A stretch of DNA of 64,000 nucleotides from NCBI GenBank assembly GCA_965208615.1, contig CBDBPB010000004.1:1-64000 (forward strand), read 5' to 3'. The notes beneath the pieces were generated by a model that did no database searches, was not told the DNA's origin, and worked only from the letters and a program-made list of their open reading frames with translations. This DNA is from Spirochaetota bacterium (lineage in GTDB: Bacteria; Spirochaetota; UBA6919; CBDBPB01). Every line of letters begins with the position of its first letter. Within the stretch, counting starts at the first letter, position 1. Positions 31,381 through 40,849 of the stretch are shown piece by piece. Position numbers and translations under genes: made by a program.

Positions 31381-33462
31381 ATGGCAACTCAACAAGAAAA
31401 AATTAACCCTATTAATGTTTGGATGAAGCAAAGTGATATTTTAATTGCGGTTGGAGTTGTATTGGTTATTGGTATGTTAATAATACCTATACCTACAACA
31501 CTATTAGATGTTGCTATTGCCCTTAATCTTGCTCTTAGCCTTGGAATTATGTTAATTGTTATGTATGTTAATAAAGGATCTGAGCTATCAGTCTTCCCTA
31601 CCCTACTTCTTATAACGACAATATTTCGTTTAGCCATTAACGTATCCTCAACACGACTTATATTAACCGAAGGTAAAGCCTTTGATGGAAAGATCATTAA
31701 AGCATTTGGAGAGTTCGTTGTAGGAGGAAATGCAGTTATTGGATTAATAATATTCTTAATATTGATTGCTGTTCAGTTTATTGTGATAATTAAAGGTGCA
31801 ACCCGTATATCAGAGGTAGCGGCACGATTTACATTGGATGCCCTTCCAGGTAAACAAATGAGTATTGATGCCGATCTAAACGCTGGACTGATAACCGAAG
31901 AAGAAGCTCTTAGTCGTAGAAAAGAAGTACGCCAAGAAGTAGATTTTTATGGTGCTATGGATGGTGCTAGTAAGTTTGTTCAAGGAGATGTTAGAGTCGG
32001 TTTATTAATAACCATAATTAACGTTGTAGGAGGCGTAATTATTGGCACCACACAACATAATTTGCCTATAGGTGAAGCATTTGACATCTTTTTCTTATTA
32101 ACCGTAGGAGATGGCTTATCTGCTCAAATACCATCATTATTATTGTCCACTGCTACAGGCATTATAGTAACCAGAGCTGTATCTGATCAAAGTCTTGGTC
32201 AAGATATTGCTAAACAGCTAAATTTAAAACCTAAGGCTATTATAGTTAGTGGTACTTTTATATTGTTCTTAGCTGTTCTTCCACTATTCCCAAAAGCCCC
32301 CCTTATTATTATAGGCCTATTTATCCTTAGTTATGGGGTATTCCTTTATCGTCACCTTGAATCAGAAAAAATAGCAGAATCTAAAAGAATAAAAGAAACT
32401 GAAAGACCTACTAGTCCAGAAAGTGTTGTATCCCTCATTAACGTAGAACCCTTAGAAATAGAAATTGGATTTAATCTTGTCCCTTTTGTAGACCTAGAAC
32501 AGGGAGGCGACCTATTAGATCGCGTTAAGCTTATCAGAAAAAGCTGTGCCCTTGAATTAGGGCTACTTGTACCACCAATACGAATTAGGGATAATATGAA
32601 ACTTAGACCAAGTGATTATTTAATAAAAATTAAAGGTGTAGAAATAGGTAAGGGGAGCCTTAGAGTTAAAAAGTTATTAGCTATACCATCAGTCAGTGTA
32701 ACTCAAACGATCGATGGTGAGGATACTATAGAACCAGCTTTCAAAACTAAAGCCAAGTGGATTAATGAAGAAAACCGTGAACAAGCAGAAGGATTAGGCT
32801 ATAGTGTTGTTGATCCTCCTTCTATAATAGCAACACACCTAACTGAAGTTATAAAACGTAACTCAAGCGATATTTTAGGTAGGCAAGAGGTAAAACAGCT
32901 CATTGATAACATAAAAGAGGGCTATCCAGCTGTAGTGGAAGATGCCTTAAAAGCAACTAACTTAGGAACTATACAAAAAGTTCTACAAAGGCTCTTAAAA
33001 GAACAGGTCTCCATTAGGAATATGGTAACCATACTCGAGGTTATCGCAGATTACGGAGAAAAAATATTAAATATAGATACTCTAAGTGAATATGTAAGAC
33101 AAAGCCTTAGTAAACAAATATCTCATCAGCATATGGACGAAAATGGTAAAATAAAAGCATATACCTTAGATGCTAACCTAGAGGCTATTTTAGAAGAATC
33201 ACTACAAGAAACCGATCAAGGGTTTGTCTCTACAATAGATACTAATACTCTTAATCTGGTTTTGCAAAAAATCGGAGAAGCGGCTAAACAAACTGCTCAA
33301 GTGGGAATAGAATTTATTATTATGTCTTCAAGTTCAATAAGGGTATTAGTTAAGCATCTTACAGAAAGAACTTTTTCTAATTTAATTGTATTATCATACA
33401 ATGAGATTACTCCACAGGTTCAGATCGAACAAATGGGGATTATCTCTATTGACTCACAATAA
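31381..33462 (+). CDS. flhA: Export apparatus protein FlhA
   Basis: FPTLLL, EVAARFTLDALPGKQMSIDADL, FYGAMDGASKFV; ATG at 31381. Confidence 0.97.
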   Translation: MATQQEKINPINVWMKQSDILIAVGVVLVIGMLIIPIPTTLLDVAIALNLALSLGIMLIVMYVNKGSELSVFPTLLLITTIFRLAINVSSTRLILTEGKAFDGKIIKAFGEFVVGGNAVIGLIIFLILIAVQFIVIIKGATRISEVAARFTLDALPGKQMSIDADLNAGLITEEEALSRRKEVRQEVDFYGAMDGASKFVQGDVRVGLLITIINVVGGVIIGTTQHNLPIGEAFDIFFLLTVGDGLSAQIPSLLLSTATGIIVTRAVSDQSLGQDIAKQLNLKPKAIIVSGTFILFLAVLPLFPKAPLIIIGLFILSYGVFLYRHLESEKIAESKRIKETERPTSPESVVSLINVEPLEIEIGFNLVPFVDLEQGGDLLDRVKLIRKSCALELGLLVPPIRIRDNMKLRPSDYLIKIKGVEIGKGSLRVKKLLAIPSVSVTQTIDGEDTIEPAFKTKAKWINEENREQAEGLGYSVVDPPSIIATHLTEVIKRNSSDILGRQEVKQLIDNIKEGYPAVVEDALKATNLGTIQKVLQRLLKEQVSIRNMVTILEVIADYGEKILNIDTLSEYVRQSLSKQISHQHMDENGKIKAYTLDANLEAILEESLQETDQGFVSTIDTNTLNLVLQKIGEAAKQTAQVGIEFIIMSSSSIRVLVKHLTERTFSNLIVLSYNEITPQVQIEQMGIISIDSQ

Positions 33463-33474
33463 TAAGGGGAGATT

Positions 33475-34695
33475 ATGGAATATAGAAAATATCGGGCAAA
33501 AACCTTTCAAGAGGCTAAGTTAAAAATGCTTTTGGATGTAGGTAATCGTGCGTACATAATATCACAAAAAAAAGTTAAAGAAGGTGGAATATTCGGACTA
33601 TTCGGAACTCCTATGATCGAAATTACTGCCGGGCTTATGGAACACAAAGTATTTAACAAAAATAAGCCTGATAACCTTATAGAAAAAAATGAGGGCTATA
33701 TTAGTAATAAACCAATTAATAATAATCCAACAATAAGTAGTTTAAAGCCAAAAGAAAATATTAACCCATCACACAAAGATGAAGCAAATATTAGAGAAGA
33801 AGTAGACGAACTAAAATCTCTAATAAATAAAATATTGGCTGATAAAACTAATTATCAAGAACAAATCCAAAATAATAATATAGAGTCTAAACCACCTAAA
33901 TCACAAACTTCTGATAAAACAAAAGAAATTATAAAAATGTTCTTACAAAACGAAGATTTTGATAGTAATTTTATTAATACATTATGTTCTTTATCTAGTA
34001 TAGAGTTTGAGCTGGCTGGCGAAACTAATCTAAGTAAAATAAAAGAGTATGTTAGAAAGCATATTTTTGATTCCATTGAATTTAATAAAGGAATATCCAT
34101 AGACCCTAAAAAGAAAAATATTGTTATTTTGGTTGGACCTACCGGAGTTGGTAAAACTACTACCCTTGCTAAGTTAGGAGCATATTTCGGCGTATTTCAA
34201 AAACAAAAAGTTAAGTTTATATCCATAGATACCTATAGAGTTGGTGCCATACAACAACTAAAACTATATGCAGATATTATGGAAATACCATTTGCAAAGG
34301 TTAACAACGTTGAAGAACTCAAAATGGAGGCCTATAATGATAACTATGATATTGTACTAATTGATACTACAGGACGAAATCAAAAAAACCTCGATGAAAT
34401 TAGAACCATTAAAGAATACGCTAATATCCTAAACGGTAAAGTACATCTATCACTTTGTATAAGTGCTACTACTAAATATAAAGACTTGGTAGAAGTCCTT
34501 GATAAATTTGACATACTTAATTATACTAGTATTATTGTTACCAAGTTAGATGAAACTAATACCCTTGGTCAAGTTATTAGTGCTATTAGTCCTAAAAAGC
34601 GATCTTTAGCTTATATAACTTTTGGTCAAAGCGTACCTGAAGATATTGAAGAGGCTTCAAAAGAAAAACTATCCGAAATGGTCTTAAAGTCATAA
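33475..34695 (+). CDS. flhF: SRP-family GTPase FlhF
   Basis: GPTGVGKTTT, DTYR, DTTGR, TKLDET, GQSVPEDI. Confidence 0.96.
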   Translation: MEYRKYRAKTFQEAKLKMLLDVGNRAYIISQKKVKEGGIFGLFGTPMIEITAGLMEHKVFNKNKPDNLIEKNEGYISNKPINNNPTISSLKPKENINPSHKDEANIREEVDELKSLINKILADKTNYQEQIQNNNIESKPPKSQTSDKTKEIIKMFLQNEDFDSNFINTLCSLSSIEFELAGETNLSKIKEYVRKHIFDSIEFNKGISIDPKKKNIVILVGPTGVGKTTTLAKLGAYFGVFQKQKVKFISIDTYRVGAIQQLKLYADIMEIPFAKVNNVEELKMEAYNDNYDIVLIDTTGRNQKNLDEIRTIKEYANILNGKVHLSLCISATTKYKDLVEVLDKFDILNYTSIIVTKLDETNTLGQVISAISPKKRSLAYITFGQSVPEDIEEASKEKLSEMVLKS

Positions 34696-34707
34696 AGGAG
34701 TAAGTAA

Positions 34708-35586
34708 ATGGATCAAGCCGAAACACTATTAAAAATTATGAAAGAAAAACAGACTAATAACCTTACTCATAGTGACTCAACCACTGGTTCAAGAATTATT
34801 ACTGTTACTAGCGGAAAAGGAGGTGTAGGAAAAACAAGCCTCTCTACTAACTTAGCAATAGCCCTGTCACAGATGGGTAAAGAAGTTATCCTCATGGATG
34901 CTGACCTAGGCTTAGCCAATGTTAATGTTATGCTTGGTATTATCCCAAAATATAATTTGTATAACGTTATAAAAGGACAAAAAACTATTAAAGATATTAT
35001 CACTGATACTACCATTGGAATTAAAATTATTGCTGGAGCTTCTGGTTTTAGTCAATTAGCAGATTTAACCCATGATGAAAAAACTGTATTCATAAAAGAA
35101 CTCGAAAAGTTAGATTTCGCCGATATTATCATTATTGATACTGGTGCTGGTATATCTGATAATGTATTAAGCTTTGTTTTAGCCGCAAATGAGATCATTG
35201 TTGTTACTACTCCAGAACCCACTGCTATTACTGATGCTTATGGTATTATTAAATCAATTGCCTCAAAAAATATAGATGCAAATATTAAGCTTATAATAAA
35301 CAGGGTTCAAAACTATTTAGAGGCCAGTAAGGTAGCTGATAGAGTTATTAATATTGCAGGACAGTTTTTGAATATTAGTATTGACTATCTTGGTTATATC
35401 CAAGAGGATAGTACTGTATCAAAGGCTGTTGTAAGTCAACAACCCTTTATTCATGTTTCGCCTAAGTCAAAAGCCTCTAATTGTATAAGAAATATTAGTT
35501 TGCGTTTAGAAAAAATGGAGATCCCCCATAAAGAGAAAGGGGTTACTCGTTTCATTAAAACTTTTTTTAATTATTACAATAAATAA
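34708..35586 (+). CDS. flhG: MinD-like ATPase FlhG
   Basis: MDQA, SGKGGVGKT, DADLGLAN, TPEPTAITDAY. Confidence 0.96.
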   Translation: MDQAETLLKIMKEKQTNNLTHSDSTTGSRIITVTSGKGGVGKTSLSTNLAIALSQMGKEVILMDADLGLANVNVMLGIIPKYNLYNVIKGQKTIKDIITDTTIGIKIIAGASGFSQLADLTHDEKTVFIKELEKLDFADIIIIDTGAGISDNVLSFVLAANEIIVVTTPEPTAITDAYGIIKSIASKNIDANIKLIINRVQNYLEASKVADRVINIAGQFLNISIDYLGYIQEDSTVSKAVVSQQPFIHVSPKSKASNCIRNISLRLEKMEIPHKEKGVTRFIKTFFNYYNK

Positions 35587-35598
35587 CAGTTGGTTACC

Positions 35599-36165
35599 AT
35601 GAACGAAGAAAATAGCTTAAACGAAGAAAATAGCTTAAACGAAGAAAATAGCTTAAACGAAGAAAAACTTAAAGATAATTTTAATAAAAAAGATTTACTT
35701 AAAAGTTATAATATTGAGTTATCTATTGGAATAGGTTTATTAGTTATTGCCTTAATTTTAGTGCTATTTATTGGAGTTATTAGTGGTGTAAGTTTTTTTA
35801 CTGTATTGTGGAAAATGATTATTAGTGGAATTATTTTCTTTATTTTAGGTTTTGGCATTGGAGTTTTATTAAAGAGATTTGTTCCAGAGGTTATAAAAGC
35901 TTTTTCGCAAAATGAAAACGATGTTAGTATAGAGTCAGATGAAGAAGTTAAAGAGACTAAAAATATTATTGACTATACCCTGGGAAACGAAAAAGAAGAT
36001 AAAGAATTCTTGGATACTTTTACCTTAGAAAAAGAAGATACGTCAAAAAGCAATAACAAGGTAAGCAAACAAATAGATAAAAAGTTAAAAGAGCATTCTA
36101 TAGAAATAAATGATCCAAAAGTCTTAGCTGAAGCAATAAGAACTAAAATGAAAGAAGATAGTTAG
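35599..36165 (+). CDS. flgV: FlgV-like two-TM flagellar protein
   Basis: Two TM helices, acidic tail ending DPKVLAEAIRT; flhF-flhG-X-fliA position typical of flgV. Confidence 0.7.
   Translation: MNEENSLNEENSLNEENSLNEEKLKDNFNKKDLLKSYNIELSIGIGLLVIALILVLFIGVISGVSFFTVLWKMIISGIIFFILGFGIGVLLKRFVPEVIKAFSQNENDVSIESDEEVKETKNIIDYTLGNEKEDKEFLDTFTLEKEDTSKSNNKVSKQIDKKLKEHSIEINDPKVLAEAIRTKMKEDS
35602..35666 (+). repeat. 18-bp in-frame tandem repeat
   Basis: AACGAAGAAAATAGCTTA x3 plus a partial copy (NEENSL). Confidence 0.92.
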
Positions 36166-36328
36166 TATAATAAATATAAGTGTTATGCTGGTGTCAAGGC
36201 ATTATAAAAATGGTTAAAAGGTTTTACCACAATAGATAATGCAATTATCAAATTATTAACTAATTTATTTAATAAGTAATTGAGTTTTTAGAATTGAAAA
36301 GAATATAAAAAAAAATGCTTTATAAAAG

Positions 36329-36363
36329 CTTATATTGTTTTCTTTTTACCAAAACAATATAAG
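36329..36363. promoter_or_regulatory. Perfect inverted repeat just upstream of the fliA RBS
   Basis: CTTATATTGTTTT-N9-AAAACAATATAAG; overlaps a weak TTGTTT-N17-TATAAG sigma-70-like pair. Confidence 0.5.
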
Positions 36364-36384
36364 ATTAATTAAAAGGAGGAGATA

Positions 36385-37161
36385 GTGATTCATAAGTCAG
36401 AAGAGGAGCTCTGGGAGGAGTATAAAAAAACACAAGATCCAACAATAAGAGAGAACTTTATTATACAATATGCTCCTTTAGTAAAATATGTTGCCGGTAA
36501 AGTTGCCATGGGAATGCCTCAAAATATTGAATTTGAAGATTTAGTCGGATATGGTATTTTTGGCTTACTTGATGCTATTGAGAAATTTGATCCATCTCGA
36601 GATATTAAATTTAAAACTTATGCCGTTACGCGAATAAGGGGTGCAATATATGATGAGTTACGGTCTATTGACTGGGTGCCAAGATCAATAAGGCAAAAAG
36701 CCAAAGAAATTGAGTCTGTTATTGGAGTGTTAGAGAATAAACTAGGTAGAACCGTTACCGATGAAGAAATTGCAGGTGAATTAGGAATCCCCGTAGATGA
36801 CTTTCACCAAACACTATTAAAAATATGTGGAACTTCATTAATATCTATTAATGATGCATGGTATTTAGGTGATGATAGTGATAAAGTCTCTATTATTGAA
36901 ACCATAGAAAGTCCTAACTCTCTTAACCCTGATATAATGGTAGAAAAAGAAGAGGTTAAAAAAATTATTGTAAAAATTATTGAAGAGTTACCTGAAAAAG
37001 AAAAAAAAGTGCTTATTCTATATTATTATGAAGATCTAACATTAAAAGAAATTGGTGAAATACTAAGTGTAACTGAATCAAGAGTTTCTCAGTTACATAC
37101 AAAAGCAATTATTAGGCTTAGAAGTAAGCTAAGTCATATTAAGGCTAATCTTTCAGTATGA
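36385..37161 (+). CDS. fliA: Sigma-28 factor FliA/WhiG
   Basis: [45 protein letters not shown]. Confidence 0.97.
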   Translation: MIHKSEEELWEEYKKTQDPTIRENFIIQYAPLVKYVAGKVAMGMPQNIEFEDLVGYGIFGLLDAIEKFDPSRDIKFKTYAVTRIRGAIYDELRSIDWVPRSIRQKAKEIESVIGVLENKLGRTVTDEEIAGELGIPVDDFHQTLLKICGTSLISINDAWYLGDDSDKVSIIETIESPNSLNPDIMVEKEEVKKIIVKIIEELPEKEKKVLILYYYEDLTLKEIGEILSVTESRVSQLHTKAIIRLRSKLSHIKANLSV

Positions 37162-37203
37162 CAATATAGGTAGTCTATAACTTTAGTTAATAAGGAGCAA
37201 ATT

Positions 37204-39192
37204 ATGGCATCTATTAATGATTTAAAAAATAAGCTATCTGAGAAAACTGATAATGCTATTAAAGATTACTCTATACCAGATAACAAAGTTGAATTTATAG
37301 CTAATTCTATTGATCAGGCTTTAGAAGAAGCTTGTAAATTCTTTAATACGAGCCGTATTAATTTAGACTACGAAGTCTTAGAAAAAGCTAGAAAAGGCAT
37401 AATAGGAATAGGAAAAAGACCTAATAAGCTTTTGGTATGGATAACAGGAGATTTAAATACAGCAAAAGATGCTATTGACCTCGAAGGAGAATATGACGAA
37501 CACTTTGGAGTCATAAATAAAGAAAGTACTGTTGATGACAATGCCCCAATAGACGGCATAACAAAAGTAGTTATTCGTAAAAGCGGTATATATTTAAAAG
37601 TTACCCCTCCCAAAAGGAATGGTCAGCCTACTAATCTTGAAGAAGCAAAACTTGTTCTTGCATCAAAAAACATACGTTCGTATGACCAATCTCTAGTCAA
37701 AAGCATTATTAAAAAAGCAAATAATGAAGAAGTAAAAATTGGTGAATGGACACCAAATCCTGATTATGACAGTAAGGCGTCTATAGAAATATCTTCTGAT
37801 GAAATGAAAGGCTATGTTACAGTTAATGCCCCCATACTATCTGGACGAATTATGGAAGTAGATGAAATATTTGATCAACTAGAGTCATATAATATCTCAT
37901 TTGGTATTATGAAAGAAAAGGTGAATAGCATTTTTGAAAAAGAACTATATAATGTACCAGTATTAATTGCTGAAGGAAAAAATCCTGATCACGGTGTTAA
38001 TGCAAGTATTGAATATAAATTTAAGACAGATCGGGCTAACTTCAAATTTGAACAAGATGAAACTGGTAAAATCGATTATAAAAATATTGAAAATGTGCAA
38101 AACGTTGTGGCTGGACAAGTTTTAGCTGTAAAAAATCCTGCTTCTACAGGAATTACAGGAAGAACTATCAAAAATAATAAAATTGAAGCTAAAGATGGTA
38201 ATGATATCCAGTTTGAAGCTGGTAAAAATACTATTCTATCAGAAAATACCCTTGAAATAATTGCTCAAATTGCAGGTCAGGCTGTTTTAGTTAGTGGGAG
38301 TGTTTCCGTTGAACCTATTTATGAGGTTAAAGGAGATATAAATTTAAGTACTGGTAATATTGTATTTTTAGGAACTGTTATTGTTAAAGGAAATGTATTA
38401 GATGGATTTAACGTAAAAGCTGCTGGGAATATTGAAGTAAAGGGTAACATTGGTAATGCAGAGATAGAGGCTGATAACGAAATTATTGTTAGCCAGGGTA
38501 TATTAGGAAAAGACGGAGGTAAGGTTAAGGCTGGAACTAACATATTTGCCAAGTTCATAGAGAATGCTAAGGTTTATGCTGGTAATGATGTAATAGTAAA
38601 AGAAGAGATATTGCATAGCTCTGTGGATGCTGGTAATAGAGTTATATGTCATGGGAAAAAAGGAATGATTGTTGGAGGACTTGTTAGAGCTGGATATGAA
38701 ATTAGTGCAAAATATTTAGGTTCCACTGCATATACTGATACATCATTAGAAGCTGGGATTGATCCTAAGTCTAAAGAAAAACTACTAAAATTGGAAGATG
38801 AGAGAAAGATTGCAGGAGAACAAATTGACAAATTATCTGCAAATATTACTTCATTAGAACGAATTGAAAAACAGGGCAATATATCAAAAGAAAAAAAAAT
38901 CATGTTAGAAAGACTACGTAGAGCTAAAAAAGAATTTGAACTTCAATATAGTGAGATTAAAGAGGATATTATAGAGCTAAATAACTACATAGAAAATATT
39001 GATACAAAAGGAAAAATATCTGCTAAGATAAATGTATTTCCAGGAGTTGCTCTTACTATTAAAAATGCTACTTTTACTGTTAAAAATGATTTTAAGGGAG
39101 TTACCTTCATAAGCGAAAATAATCTAATTAAACCTATTGCATATACTCCATTTGAAGGGGATGATAAGTATACAAAACGCTATAAAAACTAA
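37204..39192 (+). CDS. fapA: FapA (DUF342) protein with N-terminal Jag_N-like domain
   Basis: SIDQALEEA..YEVLEK..GIIGIG (Jag_N-like); TGNIVFLGTVIVKGNV beta-helix; follows fliA. Confidence 0.85.
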   Translation: MASINDLKNKLSEKTDNAIKDYSIPDNKVEFIANSIDQALEEACKFFNTSRINLDYEVLEKARKGIIGIGKRPNKLLVWITGDLNTAKDAIDLEGEYDEHFGVINKESTVDDNAPIDGITKVVIRKSGIYLKVTPPKRNGQPTNLEEAKLVLASKNIRSYDQSLVKSIIKKANNEEVKIGEWTPNPDYDSKASIEISSDEMKGYVTVNAPILSGRIMEVDEIFDQLESYNISFGIMKEKVNSIFEKELYNVPVLIAEGKNPDHGVNASIEYKFKTDRANFKFEQDETGKIDYKNIENVQNVVAGQVLAVKNPASTGITGRTIKNNKIEAKDGNDIQFEAGKNTILSENTLEIIAQIAGQAVLVSGSVSVEPIYEVKGDINLSTGNIVFLGTVIVKGNVLDGFNVKAAGNIEVKGNIGNAEIEADNEIIVSQGILGKDGGKVKAGTNIFAKFIENAKVYAGNDVIVKEEILHSSVDAGNRVICHGKKGMIVGGLVRAGYEISAKYLGSTAYTDTSLEAGIDPKSKEKLLKLEDERKIAGEQIDKLSANITSLERIEKQGNISKEKKIMLERLRRAKKEFELQYSEIKEDIIELNNYIENIDTKGKISAKINVFPGVALTIKNATFTVKNDFKGVTFISENNLIKPIAYTPFEGDDKYTKRYKN

Positions 39193-39212
39193 ACAATGAT
39201 TAGGAGGTAAAC

Positions 39213-39902
39213 GTGGTAGAAGGAGTACTTTTCTTGCTTATTGTTATTAACTTCTCTCTAACATTAACTATTTATATACAGTACAACAAAACAAAGCCTT
39301 GGAATGTAAAAAAAGACATGACTAATATAGTTAACAATTTCAATAAAAATGCAGAGAGAAATATACAAATCCTAGAAGACCGAATTAATAAAACAAAAAT
39401 ACTATTAGAACAGTATAAACAACAAGAAAAAAGAAGAGTTATAAATAATAATCAAGGCAGTATAAATTCTTCAAAAGAAAAGTTAGATAATATTATACAT
39501 ACTTCTACAAAGCAAATGGAGGAGTATACTAAATCTTTAAAAGCAAAGCGATCAGCAAAGATAAGAAAAAATACTAAGGCAAAGACATACATACAAAAAG
39601 CATATGGCTCCCCAAAAGAACAACCCATAAAACCTCTAAAACAAAAAGACGAGTTTAAACCTTTTGTAGATAATAATACTATAAATTCGGATCTATTTAA
39701 TAATCAGGTTAAAGATGATATACAAAATACTTTTGATGAAAATAACTTATTTAGCTCTAAAAAAGATACTACTCATAAAATAGCCAAACTAATTGGAGAA
39801 GGCAGATCACTAAAAGAGATATCCGACATACTTGGTATAAGTCTTGGAGAGATAAAATTATTTACCTCACTTTTCAGGAAGAAAATTTTAAAAACAGATT
39901 AA
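39213..39902 (+). CDS. SwrB/DUF6115-like membrane protein
   Basis: N-terminal TM, coiled coil, C-terminal GRSLKEISDILGISLGEIKL HTH-like motif; last gene of the flagellar cluster. Confidence 0.6.
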   Translation: MVEGVLFLLIVINFSLTLTIYIQYNKTKPWNVKKDMTNIVNNFNKNAERNIQILEDRINKTKILLEQYKQQEKRRVINNNQGSINSSKEKLDNIIHTSTKQMEEYTKSLKAKRSAKIRKNTKAKTYIQKAYGSPKEQPIKPLKQKDEFKPFVDNNTINSDLFNNQVKDDIQNTFDENNLFSSKKDTTHKIAKLIGEGRSLKEISDILGISLGEIKLFTSLFRKKILKTD

Positions 39903-39965
39903 TAAGTTAGTCAAAACAATCTTATAGTCTCCTTATCAACAAGCCGTTTCAACTGATAATTAAAA

Positions 39966-39996
39966 ACATAAATATTAAGTTTTTTAATATTTATGT
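39966..39996. terminator. AT-rich stem-loop at the end of the flagellar cluster
   Basis: Perfect 13-bp arms ACATAAATATTAA / TTAATATTTATGT, 5-nt loop; no clear U-tract. Confidence 0.45.
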
Positions 39997-40849
39997 GTAA
40001 AGGGATTCTAATGTACAAATAAGTATAGTAAAAATGACATTTCATGATAATTTAATTATTAAAAAGCGGCAATTATTTTATAACACATAACGTAAAGGCA
40101 AGTGAATTTTAGATTTCTTTATGGAACAGAAAAGTTAAAATATTTATGAAAAAGTTATTTTCTTGTGTCATAGTGTTTATCACTCTATGCTCTTTAAGTG
40201 CTGTTTACTTGAGTTAGAAATTAACACAAAAAATGCTTTTTATGCAAGTAGTCATCACTACGAGAGCTATTAAGAATCACTTACTGAGACTAAGAATTAT
40301 AGACCTTTATTAAGTGTTAAAGGTTTTTCTGTTCTATAAAGGCATAGAGCGAATTCTTCAAATGTCATATATTGACTTTATGTGTAACTTTCTATCCGAA
40401 TTAAAAATAATAGAACTGTTTATAGCTATAAAAATTAGACCGCCTTAAAGCCTTTTACAATAATTTACTAAAAATCCCTTTGATAATAAAAAATCTATCA
40501 TACAGAACTACCTTAAAAATAAATATACTTTTATTATAGATCATAACTATGATAACAACTTTTTACTTAATATGAAGTACCACATCTTCCGATATAATAA
40601 AAATCTTTTACAAAGCATATTTAAAACTAATGTTGAAAATTAAAATGTTATTTAATATATTTAAAAATAAACTTATTTTGCTTTATTATATTAATTATAT
40701 ATTTTACCTCCGTAGTAGGTGAAAATATTTTGTTAGAAATATTATATAAAATAATAGCTAAATACTGTTATATATACATCTTTAAACATTTAATAAAAAA
40801 TCTAACTTGCTTTAGTGTTATTATACTTATTGGCAGAAGGGTTTGAGAT

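Noticed and set aside
39903-40849. IS element or tRNA in the large gap
   Set aside because: No transposase fragment, terminal inverted repeats with target duplication, or cloverleaf motifs seen
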